A stretch of DNA of 64,000 bases, from contig CADBAG010000018.1 of the NCBI GenBank assembly GCA_902792635.1, positions 3,379 through 67,378 of the forward strand. Reading direction: 5' to 3'. The stretch's first letter is position 1. Every line of letters begins with the position of its first letter. This document shows positions 25,243 through 35,419 of this stretch, piece by piece. The notes under the pieces are model-generated. The model did no database searches. It worked only from the letters and a program-made list of their open reading frames with translations, and had not been told where the DNA came from. Origin of the DNA: an uncultured Prevotellaceae bacterium. GTDB taxonomy: Bacteria > Bacteroidota > Bacteroidia > Bacteroidales > Bacteroidaceae. Both the position numbers and the translations under genes were made by a program.

Positions 25243-27891
25243 TTACTTCTGCAGAACCTTCTTACCATTCCGTATAACGACGCCACGATAGTTCTTCGAG
25301 ACTCTCTGACCGGAGAGATTGTAGGAATAAGGACAGTTCTTTCGTGAATTGACCACAATTTTCTCTATTCCTGTCAAAGAAGAACCATCAATGTAGGAAC
25401 CTTCATTGACGAAGAAAAGGGTCAGTTTTGATGGAGATGGAGACAAGGTCTTAGTATAAGAATAACTATAGCTCTTACCCGACGTCGTCGTGATTGTCGA
25501 AGTCATCGTAAAGACGCCCGTTTGTGAGTAATCGACCTCCATGCTGACATGAGAACCATTCATGTCTGCTTTAAACGTGTCCCAATTATAGTTACTGGTG
25601 CAACCGGTATTTGATGATGTTGTATTGTCCCAGTTATCGCAACGTATACCAAAATACTCCGTGTAATTAGCTCCGCCGTGTGTAGTACTGGCCCCATAAA
25701 GACACCAGTTGCAATAATTTGCCGACTCATTGCTATAGTTGTAGAACTCAAACTTTGCCTTTGCTCCTTTCGCCAGGGTATAGTCAGCTTTGGAGAAATT
25801 TGCCCACCAACCAGATGACGTGTTCTTTATAGAAGACTCTGGATAATAGACTGGTGTCGAGCTCGTGCCGTTCATGCTCACTGTGAGCTTATACTCCTTC
25901 GAATAAGAATAACCATCTTTGCTCACCGTCATTGTCAGCACCACAGGTCCGTCGGCAACGGGCTCACCAAAGTCGTCATCGTAGACATTCTCGTCGCTCG
26001 ACTTCCATGTCACCGTAGCGCCAAGGTTACCTTTGGCTGTAGGCAGCAACACATCTTTATTGATTGTAGCTCCATCCGAGAAAGGCACCTGATAATGATC
26101 GAGCGTGTACTTGATGGCAGCTTTGGCGTCGACCTTAGAGGCCCATATCTCCTTCGCCGTCGAAGCTCCCGAAGAGAGGGCGGAGATGTTCAGTGAGTTC
26201 ATGTCGGTATAGTCGACAATCTGATTAAACAATACGCCTTTGTAAGCCACCCCTGCTAAAGTAAGTGTTACATAGTCGGTGCCAGCAGTACGCTTCCAGG
26301 AACCCGTCAAGTCGCCCGAGACAGAGCCATCGGCGTTCAGCGTGATATTCTTAGGCTGCTGAAGCGTTGCCGTTGTTGCCTGGTTAGAACTGGAGACAGC
26401 TGCAAACGACTGCTTATATTCGTGCTGGATAATCTGATAGCTACCGGGGATGTCACTGTCGGAAATGCTTGCAGCAGAAGCAATCTTAGCATCGGTAGTC
26501 GTGCCGCCGTCAAACTCATAAGGAGCGGCTACAAGCCAACCATCCTCGTTAAGGAAGAGCTGATGCACACGTACCTGATGACCGAAAGTGCCGTCGTTGA
26601 ACTTCGTATGATAAACGACAAACTCACGGCCCTGAGCATCAACGAAAGCAGAGTTATGTCCCTGAGCGACCTCGCCGGTAGACATTGTCTCCCACTGATA
26701 ACCATCCATCAGAAGGACGCCGCGGTTTGTAGCAGCGCTACTACCATAGTTCATCTGATATTTTGTATATATAGCCGAGGTTCCGTTCGCATCAACATAC
26801 GGTCCCGTCGGGTTCTCCGAGCGGAAAATTCTCATCTGATAGCCCTGGCTTGGATTCAGACCGCCATAGCTGAGGAAAAGGAACCAGTATTTACCAACCT
26901 TTTGGATGTAGCTACCCTCGCCCGATACATAATATCCTCCGGCAATCTTCTTGCCGAAATAAGGATCAGAGGTACAAGCCTTGCTGGCCGCACCCGGCGT
27001 TTGCGTAACGCCATTGATCTGATATGGATAAGTATAGGTATAATCGCGAAGACCGGTGTTAGCATCAAGCTTCAGCATAAAGATACCACCCGACCATGAG
27101 CCGTAACTCATCCAGAGGTTATTGTCATCATCGTAGAAGACACACGGATCGATGCAGTTAGGCCAATAGTTGCCATAGTTGTCTGATGTGTTATAACGTG
27201 CAGGCAAAGACGTAGCCCCCGTAGCTAACGCGAGGTCTGTGCGCTTCCAGTCGTCGGTGCCACTGTATCCGTTATGTGTGTAGCCTTTACCGAAGCCGGA
27301 CATCACGACCGGTCCCTGATAGATCCACGGACCCTCCGCACTGTCAGAAGTGAAGAGCACGATGCTCGAGCACCAGTTGTCACCATTGAGCGACATATAC
27401 ATGCACCATTTCTTCATCGTCTTGTTGTAGATGATGTCTGGTGCCCACTCCATGCCTTGCACATTGTTGCCCTTATATTGCCAGGCATGGGCATCGAAGC
27501 GCACGAAGTCAGTCTCCTCGCCGGCATAGTTCTTCACCTTGCCCGTGTAAGCCTGAGAGGAATAGGCATCAGCAAAGTTGATTAGATTGCCTGAAGCGTT
27601 GGCAAACAAGGAGCCCGTCGTACCGGTGCTCTCACCTGCTCCCCATGTTGTCCATGTCTGGTAGTTACTGGCAGCCGACGTCTCGCCATGCCCCAGATGT
27701 GAGCCATAGATGTAATAGTTGTCACCATCGGCAACAATCGAAGGGTCATGGACGGAGATACGCCCAGTGACAGTCTTCGTGTGATAGGCATCCGTCAGAT
27801 CTGCATCCGTCAAAGCAGTCTGTGCCGAGACGGGAAGCACGAGAGACAGTGCCAGCGCCGAGAGTAAAGAATGTTGAATAAGACTATCCAT
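25243..27891 (-). CDS. Multidomain secreted GH43 arabinanase with an Ig-like domain, a Trp-rich domain and a type IX-like C-terminal tail
   Basis: Start taken at MDSLIQH (27891), followed by a signal peptide. HDPSIV, WAPDI, CIDP and EGSYI motifs. Tail YNLSGQRV..GVVIRNGKK. Confidence 0.85.
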   Translation of the reverse strand: MDSLIQHSLLSALALSLVLPVSAQTALTDADLTDAYHTKTVTGRISVHDPSIVADGDNYYIYGSHLGHGETSAASNYQTWTTWGAGESTGTTGSLFANASGNLINFADAYSSQAYTGKVKNYAGEETDFVRFDAHAWQYKGNNVQGMEWAPDIIYNKTMKKWCMYMSLNGDNWCSSIVLFTSDSAEGPWIYQGPVVMSGFGKGYTHNGYSGTDDWKRTDLALATGATSLPARYNTSDNYGNYWPNCIDPCVFYDDDNNLWMSYGSWSGGIFMLKLDANTGLRDYTYTYPYQINGVTQTPGAASKACTSDPYFGKKIAGGYYVSGEGSYIQKVGKYWFLFLSYGGLNPSQGYQMRIFRSENPTGPYVDANGTSAIYTKYQMNYGSSAATNRGVLLMDGYQWETMSTGEVAQGHNSAFVDAQGREFVVYHTKFNDGTFGHQVRVHQLFLNEDGWLVAAPYEFDGGTTTDAKIASAASISDSDIPGSYQIIQHEYKQSFAAVSSSNQATTATLQQPKNITLNADGSVSGDLTGSWKRTAGTDYVTLTLAGVAYKGVLFNQIVDYTDMNSLNISALSSGASTAKEIWASKVDAKAAIKYTLDHYQVPFSDGATINKDVLLPTAKGNLGATVTWKSSDENVYDDDFGEPVADGPVVLTMTVSKDGYSYSKEYKLTVSMNGTSSTPVYYPESSIKNTSSGWWANFSKADYTLAKGAKAKFEFYNYSNESANYCNWCLYGASTTHGGANYTEYFGIRCDNWDNTTSSNTGCTSNYNWDTFKADMNGSHVSMEVDYSQTGVFTMTSTITTTSGKSYSYSYTKTLSPSPSKLTLFFVNEGSYIDGSSLTGIEKIVVNSRKNCPYSYNLSGQRVSKNYRGVVIRNGKKVLQK

Positions 27892-27975
27892 AATATTAAG
27901 CTTAATATTTAACCCAAAGAGGCATGACCACACTTTCATGCAGCCATGCCCGCAAATTATTATCTACCTATGCAA

Positions 27976-29077
27976 CTATCTGCGATGTACATAATGACGC
28001 TTAGCAGAAGACGAGCTGCCGAAGACGAGATGGCAGTTATCCACCGTAAAGTCGACATTCAGGTCGGAAGGATCAACGGTGCTTATACCCAAATAGTATT
28101 GCGTGTAAGTCTTACCGTCTGTGCCGTGCATCACTGCCTGCACATCAGCTGTACCGTTGCCGACATTCGTTACATAGAGATCAACCTTTGCTCCATTCAT
28201 AGCAGCCAGCCATGTAGCCCAGTCAGCCTGACCACCGCTCGTTCTGGCAGAGCTATAACCGTTGCCCCAGCCATAGTTGTCGGAGCGAACTACTGCATAT
28301 TCAGCCAACGCAGCATTGCGCAACACTACAACCCAGTTGTTCCAGTTATTGGCACCGGCATAGTTAGTGAATGCGAAGTGACGTGTTTCGCCCAAAGGTA
28401 CATTGATATCCTTATCTAAGTGCGCACCCCACCAAGCTGTTGTGTTATCTGTAGCACCAAGCGTTGTCGGCGAAGGTGTAACGGTTGTTGCCGTAGAAGC
28501 ACTGACCTTAACGTTCACCGTTGTCTTAGCCTTGCCACGAGTGATCGTGACTGTGTGTGTTCCTTCAGAAGCGGGGATAGAAGAGAACGTGAGTTTACTG
28601 TTGTCAATAGCTGCGGTCGTACCGTCAGGGAAGGTTCCTGTGACGACCATGCCCGTAGGATCGAAAGCCAGCGTGCGGTCTGCCATGTCACTCGTAGCAG
28701 CCGACGAATAGTAAGCATAACGGCGATAGGTCGGCCTTGTTGTCACCTCTATTGAAGTAGGAAGCAGAACGACCTTGAACTTTGCCTGAGCAGAGATAGG
28801 CTTTGTCGCAGCCTCTCCTTTGAAGGTCTTGTTATAGACAACGACAAGGTTCTTCTCACCCTCTGTACTCATGTCAGGAGCAGAGACGAAGTAGAGCTGA
28901 TCGGCAGGGACAGTGGCTGTAACGCCTTCCTCATAGGTCACGGTAGCCGAGACATTCTGCATGGCTGTTTCGAGTGGCGTGCCCATAGCTACCTCATCAG
29001 GAACATTATTCAGAACCATAGATACCGGCTGTTTATCCAAAGCGGATGTATAGCCACCAACAGGCTCGACGTTAGAC
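27976..29077 (-). pseudogene. 5'-truncated remnant of a surface glycan-binding-type protein (Ig-like repeats plus a Trp-rich C-terminal domain)
   Basis: Protein-like sequence begins only at about SSNVEPVGG. The first ~65 aa of the ORF-track entry are out-of-frame susC. No signal peptide remains. Confidence 0.7.
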
Positions 29078-30718
29078 GACCAAGGCATCAGAATAATCGC
29101 GTGAGCCCTTTGTGAGCCGCTCATTGCTCTTGGCCAGATAAACACGGTTTGACTGGATCCAGGCAGGAATCCAAGTCTTATCGAAGGCATGTGTCTTACT
29201 GTAAGAGAGATTAATGTTATAGTGCAGGCTGTGGTTCTTGCTCTGCAGTCCGACCATCTTGAAGAGGTCGACATCAGCAGAAGCCGTACCTACGAAACGG
29301 TCAACGAGTGTTTTACGTGTCAGTTTATTGTTTACGAGTAGAGGATTTGAAGCGGAGATATCACCATGAATATTGTCATAATAGACACCGTAGCCGTAAG
29401 CATCGTAGTTGTAAGAGGAAGCAGAACCAACCTTATCGTCAAGCACCCATGTTGAAGGATCGTAAGCCTTAATGGTCGGCTGCATCAGGAGCGTGCCACG
29501 AAGCACGTTGGTGACGTCACCATACAGACCCTGCACATACTCAGAAGCATTACTCAATGCCATGTTATCCTGATTAGAGTGAGTATAGGTCAGGCCCGTA
29601 CGGAACTTGATGAACTTAGTGTCGAAAGTGTTGTTGACACGTGCGGTATAACGCTTATAGTTAGGACCGGCACCTTCGATGATGCCTTTCTGATTGTAAT
29701 AGTCAAGTCCTACATTATAAGTATTGTGGGAGCCACCACCTGAGAGATCTACGTGGTGGTTCATACGAGTACCCGTCTTGAAGACCTCATCAAACCAGTC
29801 GGTGTTGGTGTTATCCATGAAGTGGTAAACGCCATTAGCGTCAGCTGTATAACCTCCAGGCACAGGAGTACCTGAATTGTTGGCAGCCTGACCGATATAC
29901 TCACTGTACTGGTCGGCATTCATAACATCGTAGACACCCTTGTCGGCAGTATCGACGCCAAAATAGCCAGAGTAGTTTACCTTCAGCGGCTGGTCTTTCT
30001 TACCATTCTTCGTAGTGATGATAATGACACCGTTAGCAGCACGTGAACCATAGATGGCACCGGCGGCAGCATCCTTCAAGACTTGGATAGTTTCAATATC
30101 ATTCGGGGAGAAGTCACGGATGGTCGTTCCCATTGGCACGCCATCGATGACATAGAGAGGAGCCTGCGAGCCGAAAGTACCGATACCACGAATACGCACC
30201 GACGGATCGGCACCCGGCTGACCATCAGAGGTGATCTGCACGCCGGCAACCTTACCTTCAAGCATCGTGGAGATGTTAGAGTTGGACACTTTCTTAAGTT
30301 CCTCGGCATTGACCACAGCGACAGACCCTGTCAGGTCTGCCTTCTTCTGGGTACCATAACCGACGACGACGACCTGGTCGAGCGTGCGGTCGTCCTGCTC
30401 CATCTGAATCTGACTAATGATAGCGCGCCCGCGTACAGCTACCTCACGGTCTTTATAACCGACATAGCTCACGACAAGCGTAGCGTTGGCAGGGGCATCA
30501 AGCGAGAAGTTACCGTCAAGATCCGTGACGGCTCCGTCCTTCGCGTTCTTCACCTTAATGGTAGCACCGATGAGCGGTTCCCCTTTCTCATCGACAACCT
30601 GTCCCTTGACCTTGATGGTCTGGCTTTGTGAGACGGCAGCTAAAACGGGAGTAGGCATTGTGGCCATTCCACCCATGGCGCCTAAACAAAGCATGACTGA
30701 GAAGAGTTGTTTCCTCAT
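29072..30718 (-). pseudogene. susC: 3'-truncated SusC TonB-dependent transporter (548 aa)
   Basis: Signal peptide, CarboxypepD-like domain and plug (VVVVGYGTQKK, DIETIQVLKDAAAGAIYGSRAANGVIIITTK). It stops mid-barrel at DALVV* with no terminal Phe, and no susD follows. Confidence 0.85.
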
Positions 30719-30841
30719 ATTTACCTGTTTTTAGTTTTATAAATTATTTCCACTTGGTTTTCACGTCTTCGAGGCCTCAGCCTCTTAGTCCTGCCGTCCA
30801 CGAACAATGATAATCGTACGTAAACTACAAAACTTGTGCTG

Positions 30842-30899
30842 CAAAGATACTAAGGGTGTAAATCTACACGGTGGAAAAACAGAAATATAAGGTGGAAAT
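30842..30899 (-). promoter_or_regulatory. susC promoter with -7 box, GTGTA-N4-TACAC palindrome and 21-bp-spaced GGTGGAAA repeats
   Basis: TATCTTTG on the minus strand at 30842-30849, gtgtaaatctacac at 30856-30869, and ggtggaaa at 30870 and 30891. Confidence 0.65.
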
Positions 30900-30926
30900 A
30901 TTGCTTTTAGCGCAATTTTCTACTCT

Positions 30927-33908
30927 TTAGCTCTTCTTATACGCTGATGGAGCCATGCCAAAGCGCTGCGAGAAACAACGGGTAAAATATTTAGGATCAT
31001 TGAAGCCCACCCGGAACGCAATCTCGGTGATGTTACGGTCTGCAACATTGTCCTCCAACATCTTCTTGGCAAGATCGAGGCGATAATTGCGGATAAACTG
31101 TGAGGTTGTCACACCCACATTATCCTGCAACTGCTTACTGACCTCTGTCCGTTGCATGCGCATGGCATCGGCAATCATCTTGACATTCAGTTCGGGGTTG
31201 GCATAGTTCTCCTCCATGACCTTCATGATACGATCCATGAACGGCATCTCCTTAGCCTGCGTCTCCGCCTTATCCTTGTCAATCGACTGTCTCTGACTTT
31301 CTTGGTAGAGATGTTCGTTCTGAAGAATCTTCTGGATACGCGACTGCAAGAGCTCCGGCTCTTTACTGTCTTTCAAAGCTGACTCAATAGGACGATACAG
31401 CTGTTCTGCCACTCGGTCACGCATGAGCCTCATACGGCGCTTATAAGCTTTATAGGCAAGGAACACAAGGCTGATGAAGAGCAAGGTCAGGAACCACCAG
31501 CTCTTCCAGAAGTAAGGCGTCACCGTCACACCGACAGAGGCTATCTGCTCCTTCCCGGCACCCATTGGAGGAATATAACGCACTTCGAAAGTATAATGTC
31601 CCGCAGGAAGGGTCGAATATCTCACGCTATGCTCACCGACCTGCATCGGGATCCATTCATCTTCATAGCCTTTCATGCGATAGGCGAAAGCGCCCTGGCC
31701 ATCCCCATCATAGCTGAGTGTAGAGAACTCGAAAGCAAAGCTGCGGTCGCTCTCATGAAGACAGATTTCTTTGCTTATAGAGATATCTTCTTTTAAATAA
31801 TCAGAACCTGCCGTCACATAGCGATTGTTGACATAAAGCGCCGTGAGCGTGAGATGACCCACATTGTCAACATTGGGATTGATTCCTTCTAACAGAGTAA
31901 GCCCCTTGTCACTACCGAGCCATAACTTTCCATGATCACCCTGAAAGAGTCCATTGAAATAGAACTGATTGCTCAGCAGGCCATCAGCTACCGTAAAGTT
32001 GTCAAAGGTCTCAGTTCGAGGATTCATACACGACAGCCCGTCATCCGTAGCAATCCATAACAATCCACTCTTGTCAGCTGCTAACCCTTTCACACCATTA
32101 TTGGCAAGACCATCAGCCATGGTGAAGCAACGTACGGATGCGCTGTCCGGCATGGAACCTCGCATTCTGTAGATGCCGTCTCCGTTACTGCCTATCCAAA
32201 CGATTCCATCTTTGGTCTGAAAGAAAGATGTAATCTTCTCAAAAGCTTTTGACGATGGATTATCAAGCTTATATATATAATGTGTAAAAGAAAATCGGCC
32301 TTTCCTGTCAGGTCCTTTCTTCAGATCGACAACAACCATTCCCGGCAAACAGCCCATCAGCAACTTGCCGTCCCGTGTCACCAAACTGCCTATAGCACCA
32401 TTAATCGTACGGCATTCCGGGAAAGGATCACGTACCTTCTGCGTCCGAAAATCATAAAAGAACAGACCTGCATTGGCACCTATCCACATACCATGGTTGT
32501 AGGGGTCATAAGCCATAGCACCGATAAACAGTAAGTCTGCGGCATGCGCTGCATCAGTAGCAAGCGGCCGAATACTCTCATGGGAGCACACAGCTACGCC
32601 TCCACCCCATGTACCTATCCAGACATTCCCCACATTGTCCGGTGCCAATACCGAGACAGAGTTATGCGGAAGGTTCGAATTGGAAGCCGTGAAATGCACA
32701 AAGTCATGAGTTCCTTTACGTAATAGATTAAGTCCGCCTTCTACAGTTCCAACCCAAAGGTCACCGGCAGGCGATTCGTACATCGCATTGACAGCACCGG
32801 CGCTCAATGATCCTGACAGACTATTGTCATGAATAAAATTCGTGATATTGATTTTCCGGGGTCTGAGCTGAGTAATGCCTCCCGTCTCCGTGCCAACCCA
32901 CAGCTGTCCACCAATGGTAAGAAGACAGTTAACAAAATTGCTTGATAGGGGCATCAGCTCGTCTTTACAGTTCCAATGTTCCCAAAAGGTGCGGTCTCGT
33001 TTTAGAAAATCAACACCACATAAGGTACCGACGACCAGGCATTCTCCATCCGTAGACGTAGCAAGAGCTGTTACCGTCTCATGCTGCAGGCCATTGGCTG
33101 TCCCATTGAAATGGATACCCTTATCACGAAAGACACTACTGTAGAGGCCACGGTTGGTTCCGAACCATTTCTCTCCATTCCATTTAGCAAAAGACCCAAT
33201 AATCGTACCATTCAACTGTGGATAGTGCGCAGAGAGATCTGATACCACCAAACGACCATTCTTGACAAAAACTTTATTCAGATGAAGGTTCAGCCCGATA
33301 TAAATAGAGCCATCTTCGTCAAGATCAGCCATGGCGAGGTCGGGGACCTTCGTTTGATACGCAACCATCAGCGCATTCGTGATGTTTCCTTCAGCATCAA
33401 AGGACAACTGGCAAAGAAATGAGACAGTAAGAAGCCAGATATTCCCCTTCGAATCACAATAAACTCTCAGGCTTGGAGACATCATGATTTTTCTGACCTT
33501 CTCTTGTATCTTTGAGTCTTTGACCTTCGGAAAATCCGTGTTCCCCTTCACCATATCAAGACACTTGGTACCTTCATCAAAAGCTATCCACAGGCGCCCG
33601 AAACGATCTTCCACGACATTATGACAACTATTAGAGAACAAACTGAGTCCAAAGTCTCCACTCAGTCCAAAATTCATATAAGAATAGCCATCATAGCGCA
33701 ACAATCCACTGCCATGCGTAGAGATCCAAATAAATCCATGAGAATCACGATAGATGTCATCCACATAGTTGGCGGGCATGCCCGTATTGAGATTGAGATA
33801 AGAGACATTATAGCCAAACTGCGGCTCTCCTCGAAGCGGAAGAACCGATAGCGTTGCTATCAGCAACATGAAGAGGCAACTTGTCCAAGTGTCTGTTATA
33901 TGTCTCAT
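30927..33908 (-). CDS. Transmembrane sensor-regulator: beta-propeller repeats, Y_Y_Y domain, TM and AraC HTH, with no kinase or receiver
   Basis: Repeated D..G.LWIGT units, YSTLPAGHYTFEVR and PYFWKSWWF. About 60 aa after the TM the AraC domain begins (NITEIAFRVGFNDPKYFTRCF). Confidence 0.85.
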   Translation of the reverse strand: MRHITDTWTSCLFMLLIATLSVLPLRGEPQFGYNVSYLNLNTGMPANYVDDIYRDSHGFIWISTHGSGLLRYDGYSYMNFGLSGDFGLSLFSNSCHNVVEDRFGRLWIAFDEGTKCLDMVKGNTDFPKVKDSKIQEKVRKIMMSPSLRVYCDSKGNIWLLTVSFLCQLSFDAEGNITNALMVAYQTKVPDLAMADLDEDGSIYIGLNLHLNKVFVKNGRLVVSDLSAHYPQLNGTIIGSFAKWNGEKWFGTNRGLYSSVFRDKGIHFNGTANGLQHETVTALATSTDGECLVVGTLCGVDFLKRDRTFWEHWNCKDELMPLSSNFVNCLLTIGGQLWVGTETGGITQLRPRKINITNFIHDNSLSGSLSAGAVNAMYESPAGDLWVGTVEGGLNLLRKGTHDFVHFTASNSNLPHNSVSVLAPDNVGNVWIGTWGGGVAVCSHESIRPLATDAAHAADLLFIGAMAYDPYNHGMWIGANAGLFFYDFRTQKVRDPFPECRTINGAIGSLVTRDGKLLMGCLPGMVVVDLKKGPDRKGRFSFTHYIYKLDNPSSKAFEKITSFFQTKDGIVWIGSNGDGIYRMRGSMPDSASVRCFTMADGLANNGVKGLAADKSGLLWIATDDGLSCMNPRTETFDNFTVADGLLSNQFYFNGLFQGDHGKLWLGSDKGLTLLEGINPNVDNVGHLTLTALYVNNRYVTAGSDYLKEDISISKEICLHESDRSFAFEFSTLSYDGDGQGAFAYRMKGYEDEWIPMQVGEHSVRYSTLPAGHYTFEVRYIPPMGAGKEQIASVGVTVTPYFWKSWWFLTLLFISLVFLAYKAYKRRMRLMRDRVAEQLYRPIESALKDSKEPELLQSRIQKILQNEHLYQESQRQSIDKDKAETQAKEMPFMDRIMKVMEENYANPELNVKMIADAMRMQRTEVSKQLQDNVGVTTSQFIRNYRLDLAKKMLEDNVADRNITEIAFRVGFNDPKYFTRCFSQRFGMAPSAYKKS

Positions 33909-34012
33909 ATTTTAGTATTCCAAGTAGTTATTCACGGTCTTTGTTATTGCAAAATTACTAAATATCTTCGAATTCAACTCATTTCCCTTATTTTTTCTGT
34001 AACTTTGTAAGC

Positions 34013-34744
34013 ATGAACACAACCGATATCATAAAGGAGCACGACAAGCTGTCAGAGAGAATCTCGCTCATTGCCTTCGATGCCGACGACACGCTATGGG
34101 ACTGCCAAGGGCATTTCGACGACGTGGAAGCAGACTATTGCCGTTTGCTCGCTCCTTATGGTTCCCAAGATGAGATTGCCGCAAAGCTTTTTCAGACGGA
34201 AAACAGCAACATGCCGCTCTTAGGCTATGGCAGCAAGGCTTTCACCATCTCTCTTGTGGAGAATGCCATTAAGTTGACGAAGGGGAACATAAGTGGAGAC
34301 GAACTGCTGAAGATTATCGATTTAGGCAAGACTCTGCTCAATATGCCGGGTACTCCGCTCGAGGGAGTCGAAGAGACCTTGAAGGAACTACATAAGAAAG
34401 GTACCTACAAGATGGTTGTCTTCACGAAAGGCGACAACCTCGACCAGGAGAACAAGTTCAAGCGCTCCGGTCTGGCCAAGTATTTCGACGACTGCATCGT
34501 GGTAGCCGACAAGACGCCACACGAATATATGCACCTCTGCCGCCTCTTCGATACGAACATTGGCCGGCTATGCATGGTTGGCAACTCGTTCAAGAGTGAC
34601 ATTCTGCCCGTACTGAAACTCGGCGGCTATGCCATCCATATCCCCTACGAACTGGAATGGCAGATGGAGCAGACGGAGGAAAAGACAGAACACCCCAAAT
34701 ACCGACGTATTGACGCGTTCAAACAACTTCTTACATTGCTTTAG
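34013..34744 (+). CDS. HAD-superfamily hydrolase
   Basis: FDADDTLW, TKGD and MVGNSFKSDI motifs. Confidence 0.88.
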   Translation: MNTTDIIKEHDKLSERISLIAFDADDTLWDCQGHFDDVEADYCRLLAPYGSQDEIAAKLFQTENSNMPLLGYGSKAFTISLVENAIKLTKGNISGDELLKIIDLGKTLLNMPGTPLEGVEETLKELHKKGTYKMVVFTKGDNLDQENKFKRSGLAKYFDDCIVVADKTPHEYMHLCRLFDTNIGRLCMVGNSFKSDILPVLKLGGYAIHIPYELEWQMEQTEEKTEHPKYRRIDAFKQLLTLL

Positions 34745-34750
34745 TACAAT

Positions 34751-35419
34751 ATGGAACAAAAGATACTTGACAAACTTGCTCACTGTCCGCTTTTTGCAGG
34801 CATGAGCCCCGTAGAAATAGAAATAGCGCTCAGTGGCGTCAAATGGTCCACCGTGCATTATGATGCTCACGACATCTATGCCCTTGCCAACATGCCCTAC
34901 CAGCATCTTGACATCGTCCTCAGCGGCACACTTATCTGCCGTATGTCTTCTTTGTCAGGCAAGCAAGTGGAAGTGAGCCGCCTGCGCGACGGCAATATCG
35001 TGGCACCTGCCTTCGTCTTTTCGAAAGATAGCAGCATGCCCGTGGGCGTAGAGACCGGTACACCCGTCACTGTCTTCCGCATGCGCAAGCAGGAGTTTGA
35101 ACAGTTGCTTCGCGACAACTGGCAACTGTCGATGAACTTCATGCGGGTGTTGTCCAACATCAACTCGTTCCTCACGAAGCGTATGCGGGTGCTGAGCCTC
35201 TATACCGTAAGAGAAAAGGTAGCATGGCTTCTCCTTGAACGTGCCGGTGAGCAAGGATCCAATGTCATCCACCTCTTCCGCTCACGCCAGGAGATTGCCG
35301 ACTCGTTCGGTATTCAGAAGTTCTCTCTGCTCCGCGTACTCTCCGACTTCCAGAAAGAGGGAGCCATCAAGATCAACGGGCGTGAGATAACGATCTTAGA
35401 CCGACAGAAGATGAAGTAG
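34751..35419 (+). CDS. Crp/Fnr-family regulator (HcpR-like)
   Basis: cNMP-binding-like N-domain and C-terminal HTH (SRQEIADSFGIQKFSLLRVL). Confidence 0.88.
   Translation: MEQKILDKLAHCPLFAGMSPVEIEIALSGVKWSTVHYDAHDIYALANMPYQHLDIVLSGTLICRMSSLSGKQVEVSRLRDGNIVAPAFVFSKDSSMPVGVETGTPVTVFRMRKQEFEQLLRDNWQLSMNFMRVLSNINSFLTKRMRVLSLYTVREKVAWLLLERAGEQGSNVIHLFRSRQEIADSFGIQKFSLLRVLSDFQKEGAIKINGREITILDRQKMK

Noticed and set aside
29072-29085. SusC shufflon or programmed frameshift at the junction
   Set aside because: No recombinase, alternative susC 3' cassette or slippery run is present. The downstream frame is not a barrel, so a shift would not rebuild a transporter.
29078-29274. N-terminal 65 aa of the ORF-track protein 27976..29274
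   Set aside because: It lies in an alternative frame of susC and reads as non-protein-like, so it is not a real start.
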